Source: Macrostomum lignano | Taxonomy: Eukaryota | Direction: 5' to 3' | Assembly: GCA_002269645.1 (NCBI GenBank) | Contig: NIVC01002334.1 | Coordinates: 1 to 64,000, forward strand | DNA: 64,000 nt | Part shown: piece by piece, positions 12,987 through 24,600 of the stretch | How the letters are laid out: every line of letters begins with the position of its first letter | Position numbering within the stretch: position 1 is the stretch's first letter | Notes under the pieces: model-generated | Databases searched by the model: none | What the model was told of the DNA's origin: nothing | What the model saw: the letters and a program-made list of their open reading frames with translations, nothing else | Position numbers and translations under genes: made by a program

Positions 12987-13407
12987 TATTCCCTTCGTGA
13001 ACTCATCAAAAAATCGGTTCTGAGCTCAAGGTCGAATCAAGGCAGACAAATTGTGTATAAATACAAAAGCAAAATTCGAGCTGAAATCTCAGACTCGGAA
13101 CAGCCTCCAAAGATCTTGGGCTTTGCAAGAGCAGCCAAACGAGGCTATATCTCTGAGGAAGAGATTAAATACCAATTGGTAAGCTTTGATTGGGTCTTCG
13201 TTATTTTGATTATTGAGAGCAATTTTATTGCCGGCCATTACTGTTCAGTTGATTTTTACTGAGTCTATTGAGTTTGAGGCCTCCCATTTTCCTAAGAGAT
13301 TGGATAGGATCTGCGGACCGATTCCGATACCCTTAGAGGATTATCGAGTTATTGATTTTGGTTATCCTAGATTAACCGATAGGAGCACACGACTCCGATT
13401 CCATTAG
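12987..13407 (+). CDS. Unknown spliced coding fragment
   Basis: Frame SLRELIKK...EEEIKYQL ends at a GTAAG donor (13179). An acceptor CAG at 13248 gives an in-frame continuation LIFTESIEF...RLRFH*. No family recognised and the start is not defined. Confidence 0.3.
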
Positions 13408-14086
13408 TTCTAGAAGAAGACGCCCTTTCTGGAGGACCTCGTATTGTTATAGAAGTTGATTTTGTTATTAGGGCGCATCGTTGACATTGATTTCTGCACT
13501 CGAGGAATACTGCGACGTCGATTTTATTGTTACGCTCTCGCTTTCGGCTGAGTTTAGACTTCAAGAAGACCACCCCGGGAGGAACAGCTCTAAGGAGACG
13601 AGCTCTACAGACACGCGCAACAAAGAAGAGGAGCCCGCAACAGTAAGTAATCAGTGATTTTGTTCCCAGGCTCAAGTGTCTGGAAGTGTGAGTTTTCGAG
13701 TGACTGATCACCACTCGATCAAATCTTCACCCTGACCGGCCCCACGCCTCTGCCTGTCTGCGGGCCTTCAGGGGCTAGCGGAATGGGCGACCCTCGCCTC
13801 CACGCTGTATCCACCCTGCAGCTAAGTCAAGTAAGTCAAGCGGATATGTAAAGGTTTAGCAGTCGAATGTTCTGTTAGTTTGAGTCAATCGAGTGATTGA
13901 AAAGGCTTAAAATAATTGCAAATCTGGTTTCGTGTATTTATAAATGAAATTGGGTTTTCCGGAAAGTTCTGGAAAAACGTGCATCGCTATAACAAAACTA
14001 AATTGTATGTACGTATTGCTTAAATAGTGATTAAGTGTTACAGTACAAGAATTCATGTAAATTAACAATTTAATATGCCTAAACGG

Positions 14087-14485
14087 TAGAGGTCGGACGG
14101 GATTGAAATCTTCGGGCGGGATCGGGATCGGGAATAATTTTTTTCTCGGGATCGGGATCGGGATCGGGATTCGGGAATCGGGATCAGGTCTTTTAGTGTA
14201 TTGTCCATGTAAAGTTAAACAAAATTGAGAAAAGATTGTCAAGATCAAGAAGTAAAACACAACGAAATTGATATGAAGTTTTGTAACCAACAAAGTAAAT
14301 AATGTAACGCGTACAAGTTGAAGCAAAATACCTTTAAGTAATCACTAATTCTATAAATTATTAATCGAAAGACCTGTTCCCGAATCTCGACTTTTTTAGG
14401 GTCGGGATTCTGGTCCCGCGGGAATTCAATTTTCCTCGGGATCCCGAGATTTCGGGATCGGGATCGGGATCCCGTCCGACCTCTA
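14087..14485. mobile_element. hAT-type MITE, 399 bp
   Basis: Perfect TIR TAGAGGTCGGACGGGAT / ATCCCGTCCGACCTCTA and 8-bp TSD CTAAACGG (14079-14086, 14486-14493). Subterminal (CGGGAT)n repeats. Confidence 0.93.
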
Positions 14486-14950
14486 CTAAACGGTGTAGAA
14501 ATAATATTATGAGCTTAATAGAAATTAGAGCTTAGAGCATAATAGAGTTAATAGCGTAGAATATTTAATAGCACAATAATCGGGAAAGTTCGCGAAGGTC
14601 ACTACAGATATTTGTTGATTTATCCACTATCTTCTGTTTACAACAGCAAATGATGGAACACGAAAACCAGTTTCAATGCCTGGGCCTGGACATTTTCCCG
14701 TAGCCTCAAGCCTACGGCCGAGCTCGGGCCTGGAGTGGAAAGATCGGTGGAGTCTCTCGGACCGATGCGCGAGTGGATTTTGGCTGCAGGGGGTGGCAGT
14801 GGCACGGTTCGATCGCACGTGCCAAAGATGCCACGCGAAGCGGGCCAGTGCCGCACTTTAACGCGCAACCTACACAGTCATTCGAGCAGGATGGTATCTC
14901 AGCATTTAAACGCTGATAGGAAATAATTAATCTCTGCATCAATTGTTTGC

Positions 14951-15790
14951 CTAGAGGGGCTGTAGCTTAATGGTAAGAGCGTCGGACTCACGACTTGAAG
15001 GGAGATGCGTCACCCTAAAGGTGAGCGAAATACGGATGCCCTCCTGGATACCGACACCCGGGACACTGTGCTTACACTTTCTTTGACAGGCCCCAGCCAT
15101 AATGATAACAGAGCCGGGTTTTGCGTCAAAGTTCGCGACTTCGCGTTGATCCGCATTATTGCGTACTAGAAATTGCCTGACGACACCGAACGAGACCATT
15201 GCTATGCATGGATCTTGACCCAGCTCGGCCTCGTCGTCGGCATGGTACGGGATGTAGTCGTCAGCTGTCTCATAGAAATTAATTAGGCAGCTGTTAAACT
15301 TAGGAGCATTCAACTCGGCATTAAATTCGAGGAAGTTGCGCATGTCCTCAACGGCTGGGTGCCAGTTCGGATTAGCATCTAATGACACACCGGATTAAGA
15401 GTAGTCTGGCCCAAACCAGACCACCTTGCGCTGCTCTGTTGGTCTATTGGCCAGCACCACTACTGGCAGGAGGTCCTTGAGTAGTCTATCATAGAGCTCG
15501 GAAGCCTCATATTAGGATAGTACTCAAGCTGGACATCATCCAAGCGCTTGATGATGCCGCCGGACTTGTCCGCATTGATTGGATAGCTTATCGGGTTATC
15601 ATATTGAATATTGCTGGCAGGTGCCTCCTCAGTCGAATCGGCATCGGATGCTGATGCGGATGCGGCTGCATTGAGGTCTTCGGTGCTGGCTGGGCCAGCA
15701 CCTTCCAACAAAGTCGCAGAGCCGCTAGCCGAGGAAATTGTTTCAGAGGATCTGTCCGAGCCTGGCTCAAGGACATGAGGCTCCAAAGGC
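14951..15790 (-). pseudogene. AlkB-family (ALKBH2/3-like) 2OG-Fe(II) dioxygenase, disrupted
   Basis: FNSCLINFY, YHADDE (HxD), KHSVP (H) and RISLTFR are intact. Upstream ELYDRLLKDLL...RKVVWFGPDYS*SG has a TAA where Tyr is expected, plus a frameshift relative to DDVQLEYYPN. Confidence 0.8.
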
Positions 15791-16407
15791 GGCGTAGTCT
15801 TCGCTGTTGCACCATATATGAGGCACCACGCATGTCAGACGATTGCCGGTTATTGGCTGGTAAAGCAAGTGGGCTTTAGCCGTTTTTAATGGCTGAGCGA
15901 CCTGCCTCGCTGCCCCCCTTTTTTATCGCCCCGACCTTGTACTTGTGCTTGTTTTTACGCGCTGTACGTACGTGCTCTGACTCAACACCCCTAATCCCCA
16001 GTGTGCGTGTGTTTTATATATACGTTGCTCAGCTCAACGCGATCGAGGGCGCTGCTGCCGCTCAAAATTTTTTATTTTCGCAACAATATACTTGAAAAAT
16101 GCGGGCCCTAATCGCTCTGGGGCCTGCCTCGCTGTACTCGATCGCCCGCTCGCTCGTCTCCGCCTCTTCGCTCCGGACATTAGTTGGCCTTTTAGCTGGC
16201 GGTTCCGCCCTTTTAACTACTTTTTTGTAGGTAGGCAATTTGTACATTTCAACTAAATTCAGCTATAAAATAGATACTAAAAGTAATATAGTATTAATAT
16301 AATATTTTTTGTACAACAAGTACACAGTATTTTTAATATTTTGGGGGCTTAAAAGTAGTCTAGCCGGCGAATCGCTGGAGTTTTTGACACTGGGCTGATT
16401 ATTCGTT

Positions 16408-16491
16408 GATTTATTTTTGGATGCTCTCGCCACGCGATTTATTTTTGGATGCTCTCGCCACGCGATTTATTTTTGGATGCTCTCGCCACGC
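16408..16491. repeat. Three exact 28-bp tandem copies
   Basis: (GATTTATTTTTGGATGCTCTCGCCACGC)x3. Confidence 0.9.
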
Positions 16492-17760
16492 GTAAAGACG
16501 GTCGGAAGAGAGAAGACTCGAAGAGAAGAAAATTAAATAACTTGCCTGTCTTAGCAAGTTATTTAATTTAAAGAAGAGCAGGAAAGCTGCTTAGCAATCC
16601 AGGTAGTAAATATGTATGGTGTAGCACGGAAATTGTCACCTTTAGAAATAAGTTTTTTACTGTATGCCAGTAATACTTGTATATTGAAATGGCTCTATGC
16701 GAGGCATACAGGGACAATCTAGTCAATGCTGGAATTGAGGAATTTTGCTTAGGGGGGGGTCTTTTAGATGGTGAGCGATCTTACTACTGATTCCCTCCTA
16801 AGCCCCAGGATTCCAAGGGAAGATATACTCGTAGATAACGGCATCTTAATTTTTTCCTCTTAGAATGGGTTTGATGCAATAGGGGATGGGGAAGTGCAGG
16901 CCCTAGAGCTCTCTTGTGGTGTACGAGAAGTTTATGCCAGCTGTGATTTTGTCCCAATACTGCTCACCCTCCTCTCTGACTCTCCTGTTGCTCCGCCTCA
17001 GCCTCCTCTCTGACTCTCCAGTGGATCCGCCTCACCCTCCGTACATCCTACGGGGACAAGGTATCGTTACTGCTATGATTATTTGGTTAAACTCGGTGAT
17101 CTTCCACTACTCTGATCCTTGACTTCGATTTCATGCGCGACAGGCGCACTCATTATTCACAGTTCATACATTTCATAAGTAAATAATTAAGTGATTGAAC
17201 AGGCAGAAGCAAACGAGATAAAAATAATAGCTAATGGCCTAAATAATTAGCCCTGAAACTTGGCCTTGACCGCTCAGTTACATGAAATTATTAAAACAGA
17301 ATTATGCATGATGTAAATATGTTAGGATTGGAAAAATTAGGAAATGATGAGCAATATGGGGAGGGAGACCGGGGTTGATTATACCCAACGGATTATACAC
17401 ATCAGAGAGAGAAATACCTTACAGAACAGAACACGGCCAACGGGCAGGGCTGCAATTGTGGCGCGGTGGTCGTCGGAAAGTCAGGGCGTCAGCTGCAGTC
17501 ACGGATGATCGACAATCCAAACGAGACACGACCGGGAGGTTTAAAGTCAATTGGGAAGTTACATGCAGCTAGCTTTCCAATGGGTGAGAAAAAAAACGGT
17601 AGAGGAAGGGGGATGCAGAGCGGACTCGTAAGTTCAGGAGTAAACGCGGGAGGGGATCAAAAGCGACCGGAGCGTGGAACGCCGGCCCCCGGACAGGGCC
17701 GGATCGACCGTTGCCGCTCAGGGCTCAAATCGATCTCTTTATAGCCCTGGGATCACGCGT

Positions 17761-17855
17761 CACGTGATCATGTGAGCGCGTGATGCGTGATATTAAAGGC
17801 CGTGTCACTTAAATCCTTGACCTCCGTTACCATAATTGCAACCCTGATGACGTCA
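17761..17855. promoter_or_regulatory. E-box (CACGTG) and CRE (TGACGTCA) palindromes ~0.8 kb upstream of SLC25A11
   Basis: CACGTG at 17761-17766 and TGACGTCA at 17848-17855 in a CpG-rich patch. Function is not shown. Confidence 0.25.
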
Positions 17856-18629
17856 CCCGTCAGCCGCGCTGTGATAGTTCATAATTAGAAACTGCCAAAT
17901 GCATACAGTGTAATGATCGATTTCAAACAAAATTTAATTAAGGTGGGATCGTCGGTGCGCGAGGGAGTGGGGTGGGCGATGAGCATGATTCGTCACAGGG
18001 AAAGAAAGGAGGGTGCGCAAAAATTAGTGGAGAAGCCCAGGGACGTGCCTACATCGAATGCATGATCATATTGCTCAACAAGCAATTGGAGGCCAAGATC
18101 AAATAGACTTCAAAACATACAATACGTATGTAAATGCAATATTTCTTATATTAGATTCACTATTCAATCGTTAAGAAAATAATATGATACATATTATCAT
18201 TAGTAAATTATAATAGTAATTATGTAATTAGTAATTAGTAATATTAGTATATTAGTAATTATGTAATTTCATCAAAACAAGGGTAAAAGAGTAAGTAATT
18301 TTTGTTAAATCGTAAAGTGCATTTGGCTGATTATGGCTCAATTTTTTTCGTAGAAATATCTCAAAAGGTTTAGTGGCCAGTGCAGTAATTGTTTTGTAAT
18401 ATTGCTGTGGTTCATTCTGGAAGGCTGAAAGCCAACGCTGTAATAAAATTTTAATGCTCTGATTTTGCAGTCCCGAGTAAATCAGACATATTGAATATAT
18501 TAACTATTGTATTAGCCTAGTGATTTACAGCATCAAAGATTCAAAGGTGACAAAGCACTGCAGGTTTGGAATTAGGTGTATTATATTCTAAACATAAAGT
18601 AAATACCGTTGTCGATTGTTTACTCCAAA

Positions 18630-21600
18630 ATGTCAAACCAGTCTAGTAAAAAAGAAATTCCTAACACTATCAAGTTTCTCTTTGGAGGCTCTGCAGGGTG
18701 AGTAAGCCTGAATAATTAATTTGAGGGTCTTAGCTTTTGGCTTAGCCTGAGCCCTGAGGCCAAAGGTATCAAACTCATTTTCATTCTGTAGTTTAAGTTT
18801 TTATTTTTTGCAATTTTACTCTAACACAGTTTAAAACAATTGATCAACTTGGATAGGCCCAGCATTCTCTATTTTATTTATAAAACTTGTAAAAGAATCA
18901 TGCCTCATGGTAGTAAATCATATATAGCTGGCTCTATTCAAAAGTATAAAGTTTCTTTGCTAGTTTGCCTTCCATATTGCTATATGTATGCCGGAAAGTA
19001 TCTGGCTATATAGTAAAGTGTACGCCAATAAAAATGCATGATTAACAAGCACAAAAACTATGAAAGAAGCATGCCAAGGCGCACATCAAAAATTACTGTA
19101 AAAAAGTAAAATTGAAAATGTACATCATTTAAAAAACAAAATAATTAGTAAAACAAAGTTTTTACATTTACTACTAGTTAAGGTACATTTTTTAAAAATA
19201 ACTTTAATATATTGTTTGAATATTCAATTTATTGTCATAACTTAGCGAAGTAACTTTATTGACTATTTAGCATAATTTACATAATGGTGTCGTACATCAA
19301 TGCTTTTGTATGCTGCGTTGAAAGCTTGAACAAGTATAGTTAAAAATTGTAAGCAGATAATTATGCTTGGAGGTTGTATTTCCTCCGGTTACGATAGATG
19401 TACGCCAGCCAAAGAATTTGTATGCCAGATGTAAGCCACTTAAAGCGTTTGTACGCCAGATGTACGCCAGCTAAAGCATTTGTACGCTGGAATTTTCCGG
19501 TGTATACTACACCTTCCGCAATATGGTTTACCTTGAGTTATTTTAGTGCTATAATGTATATTTGCAACTAAGGTCCAATTTTAAGATGCAATTTAGAAAG
19601 TCAAGATTTTTAATAGTATCCTTAATAATAATAGTAATATACATAGAAAAACTTGTACTTGTAGGCCTACAGGTTTTTTTGCTAGCATTAGGATTCAAAA
19701 TCAAATTCAGGTCTAATCAAGGACAATAGCATTTTAAAGTCAAAATGCTATTGTATTGTATCCCTATCTCAAAAAGTGAATACAATCCATTTCAATAATA
19801 GCCATTTTGGTAACTACCACTTCAATAACATAATGATGACTTTAGTCAAAAATCAGATTTACATTTGTTAACGCTATATCTTTATGGCAATTGACTTTAG
19901 CCACTTTTAGTTTATTAATTAATATGTCAAATATTGTATTGCTATATATAGTTTAATTTTCTAGTTAAACAATATTATAATTTATTTAAATGTATATATT
20001 AACTTTATAAAAAATATAAATCCTAGAAAAGAAATTGTATATTGTCATTAATTTTTGCAAACTTAAGCGTCCCTTTTTTGGGCGTCAATGTGGCAATTTG
20101 TGCCTTGAATTGTCTATGGTATTTTCTATTTCAGTAATAGAGCAAAATAGAACAACAGTATGAAACAGTGGCCAACAAATAAGAGTAGAAGTTTATGCAC
20201 TTATAAGCATGCAAAGAGAGACAATCAGTTAGTTAAATTAAATTAGTCTTTCAGGCTATAGAAATCAAACGTACAATTTCAAAATGTTCTAGAGAAATTC
20301 ACACTGACCGATGGAGCTGGCACAGCCTGCTTAACTTGTCCTTCAGCAAGACAATCTTTGCACGTAGCTACTGCTTCCTTTATCGACACCACACCAATAG
20401 GGCCCACATGTTTAATGCACACAGTCGATGCGCTGGCATCAACGCTCAGCGTCTCTGACATTGCTTGAAAGTTAGCGTCTCCTCATTCAAGAGTATTGTT
20501 CAACACTTTCCAGATTCTTATGACCGGTGCTGCTAGCAATCGCTGCATTCAAAAATCTATGCTCTTTCAAAACTGTGACGTGTGTTACACAAATGCAATG
20601 ATTCGTATAGTGTTTAGAGAGACCAAGATTTATTGACAATTGACTCATGAGTTGATCAATTATGTTCTTGCCCAGTGTACGGGAGACATAGTACCATCGC
20701 TTACTGGACATACCTTTCGAAACATTGACGCACGGCTTCGGAAAAAGTGATTCAATGTGTAGATCCGCTAGGCACTGTAGGTACATCTTCAAGGCAGCAA
20801 CAGGGCAATTCCAATTCTCAGAATCCAAATACATACAAGCTAGCTTTGCATCCTGGAACTCGGTCTTCTTTAGAGATGCCTTAGAATTCTTACTAAGAAG
20901 GTCATAGTTCAGAGTGGCATAGTCACGGCCTTCAGAACTCAGAATCCACTTGAAACACAAAACTCTCCCTCGTCAGTATTGGTAGGTTCTCCTGTCCACG
21001 CAGTCCAAAATAATAAATTAAATGGAACATGACCTCTTTATAGAGTATGTCACCACATGATCTGTCAAAGTAGCTCATGATCTTCTGGAGGTCACTTTTC
21101 TTGATCACAGCAAATCCATCTCGCGATTTTGGTTGATTGGCTAGCTTGTACATCTGATTCGCATTTGCGAAGGCCATGTCCGCAATAATGTTAATCTCTA
21201 GGCGACTGAGACAGAAGAAGCGATGCAGTCCGGCTCTAATGCAGATGAGACTTGCTAGAGCATAGTACTGCTCGTCCTTTGTTTGCAGTGTTAAATAGAA
21301 GAAATGCAAATAATTAGCCAGAATCAACTTTGGAATTCGCAGCAGATCTATTGACAGTTTCATTTTTTCCAGAAAAGTCTTGAAGCGGCTCACATTGTCC
21401 TCCATCTGCCAGGCAGAGGAGTCTGGTATTCCATCTCGTTCAAGCTGATTTAACTCTTGCATCACGTCCTCCAGAATGTCGAGAATCTCTTCTGATTCTA
21501 TCTTGTGCCCAAATTCTTTGCTCAGTTCCTCCAAATACTGGCTGTTTGACTCGGATAATATCCACGCCAGCTCTTTGGTCAACATACCGGAAACCATTTC

Positions 21601-24600
21601 TCCTGGCAGATTGGAATAATTAATTAAATGGTTGATCATTTTCAGAACTCAAGCACACCTTAGTCCTGACAGATTTGAAAAAATATATATTTAGCATTTT
21701 TCTAGCTCCTTCAGTTTTACTGTCCATCTCTAGACCTGGACCATCAAAACTTCGTCTATGACCAAGAGCTCGCAAATCAAAAGAAAGAATGGCCATAGAC
21801 ATTTCAACTGCATTCTATGTAATAACACAGAGCCTGGAATTTTTGACATTGATGCCCAGAAATTTCTTGCATTAATGACAATAATATAAACATTACTTTT
21901 TGTGGGTATCAATGTAGAATTTCTATATTAATGTTATATTAACATTATTAACATTATTGACATTAACATTATTGTAATATTAATGTTATATTAGATAAAT
22001 GAAACATTTAGGCTTTTCACAAAGATTGGTTCCTGAACTAGAATAATTCCAATTCCAGAACCAGAATCAGTAGGAAAATGAAAAGTGTCAAATTTTTCTA
22101 TTCTTTTATTACAAGCATATATTACTTCTTAAAATATAAAAACTTTTATCTAAAATATGGCCTATGCTTTTGAGTTCTTTGTATTTTTTTGAAATGTTTG
22201 AAATGTTATTTCAGAATTCAAAGTTGTCTTGTTCTTTCCATAGAAGTATAACAATTCATTTAGAAAAGTTTTTAAACCAAATTCTGATAATTGGATCATA
22301 GTTTTAGAACCAATTCTAAAAAATGGAACAGAAAATATTTAAAGCTTCAAAATGATTCTTGTTTTGAAATCAGTAATATAAAAAACCTATAATATTTTAG
22401 TTGAAGTTGAAGTAATCAATGAAGAAAAAAGTAGATATTGTTGTGAAAGGCCAGATTATAGCCTTAGTTAATCTAGTGGACAAGCACATGGATGATGTCA
22501 ATCAATTGGCTAGATTGACTTTAGACTCCATATGTGATCTCATCATGAGACTTGGTTAAACTGTCTATATGGCACAATTTGAACCCAGCCAGACCTGCAA
22601 TAAACAAGAGACACAACTCACTTTTTGACTTGACATAGCAGTGACAGTGGTAGCAATAAGAGTATACTCCAATTCTGACAGTGAATGCTTTTAAATATAT
22701 ACTGATTTTTGGTGAGTTACTGGCAATAGTATATAGAGTCTAGATTGGCACAAAGGATGGTCTCCTATACTGCCACATATGCCAACATATATATATTTTC
22801 ACTAGTTGGTTAAGCCTCGGGATATTGGTACCCCAGGCCCAGCTAACCAGAATTTCAAAATTCATAACTTACAGAACATGATAGGGTCATGATTAGAGAA
22901 AAATAGCAATTTAAGGGTGTGAAAGGTGTGATAGAGGGCACAGCCAGCCAAAGCCAGCTGGCCCAGACAGGGAGTGGGGTATATGGGGTGTACACAACTA
23001 TGTAAACAACTGAAGGGGGAAAAGTGTAATGATGGGTGCTCTGACTGCAAGCCCATTATGGCTAAGCACCAACACAACAATACTATAACTTCAAGTCACT
23101 AAATCAAGTATTCTAATATACTCAATATTTGGTCAATTATAAGATATTTCTACTACATGTATCTAATGCATCTAGAAATAAAGTATATTGGTTAAAGTTT
23201 TAAACTTTTAAATAAGTTGAACATATGTACAAGTATATACTAATTGTACAAGTATACCAATTTTTTCACTTGTTACAAAAGTGGTTGTTACTGAGTTGGT
23301 TGTTACTAAATTTGTCATCATTTGTTTTTGGAGTGGCTATTACCAAAGTAGACTATTACCAAAAAAGTTACCTAGTTCTTATGTAACTATAAATTGTATT
23401 TTTATACATACTTTTTTAAAGTATGCTTTAATTTGAATTTTAAGTTAAATAAAGAAAGATTAGCTATCTTTTGAAATTAGGAAAATTAAGTAATTATCTA
23501 TGTAGTAAAATATTAGCTTATTTGTCTTAGTTGGACTTAGTCAAGTGTTCTGATTATAGCAAATAAGCATTTTGGTAAATGGTATCTAGTGTGGAATAGT
23601 CTGGTAGGTGATAGTATGGTGTGGGAGTACGAGATCTGCTAGCCAAAGTTTGCTAGTGAAAAATTTGCTTGCCAAAATCTGTTAGCCGAAGTTTGCCAGC
23701 CAAAACTGCTAGCCGAAATCTGCTAGACAAAATCTGCTAGCCAAAGTTTGCTAGCCAAAATCTGCTAGCCAAAATCTGCTAGCCAAAATCTGCTAGCCAA
23801 AGTTTGCTAGCAAAGATTTTGCTAGCTGCCTTGCTCTTGTAGCTGTTGCATGTTATTTGCTATGTTTTGATTCTGATTTGAGCTGCTTTGATTTGTAGAA
23901 ATAAATATATAACTTATATACCATATACTGCCACTACCAGCCATTAAGACTAAAAGTTGTGTGTATAGATAAGTTTAAATTTAACTACCTGAACTATAGC
24001 TGCCTGAGCTACTTGAACTACAGCCTTACAGCTGATAATGCTAAAATATTATCAAATGTCTACGAGTAAAATAGAACAAAAAATTATAAATGATTTTGAC
24101 AATTTCCAAGTGCAGTTTTAGCATATACAGTACTTTAGCATACAATAACACACATGTTGGTGTATAGTATCTATAGCTAGATACATGTATGTCCAAGGTA
24201 CAATTTACTATAGCTATATGTATTGTTAATGTATAGATATTTTCCATCACTTATGGCACTCTGTACAAGCAAAAACTCTATGCAGGTATGGCCCACAAGC
24301 TCTTACCCTGTGATCATGGATGTAATATATTTACTTTATTCAATAGCTTGTATATGAACTTTTCAATCCACCTACATTAAAACCTAAATCTTATTTTCTT
24401 TTTGGCTATGACATTATCTACTGATTGCATTTTAACACGTACATGTACGAGAACCCACGGCAAAGGCTAGGTGGCAGATTAAATTGTCCAGATTAAGTCG
24501 TCCCCACAACAGTTTGCCTTTTTAATTTACTCTGACTACCAAGAGCGAGCAAACAAAACAACAGAGCCAACAAACTTGAAGAAAAGGTTTGATTCTTTAG

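Noticed and set aside
12860-13340. Minus-strand frame interrupted only by TGA codons, suggesting a UGA=Trp (mitochondrial or mitovirus) insert
   Set aside because: It is bounded by TAA/TAG, resembles no mitochondrial protein I recognise, and is largely the antisense of a plus-strand coding-like frame.
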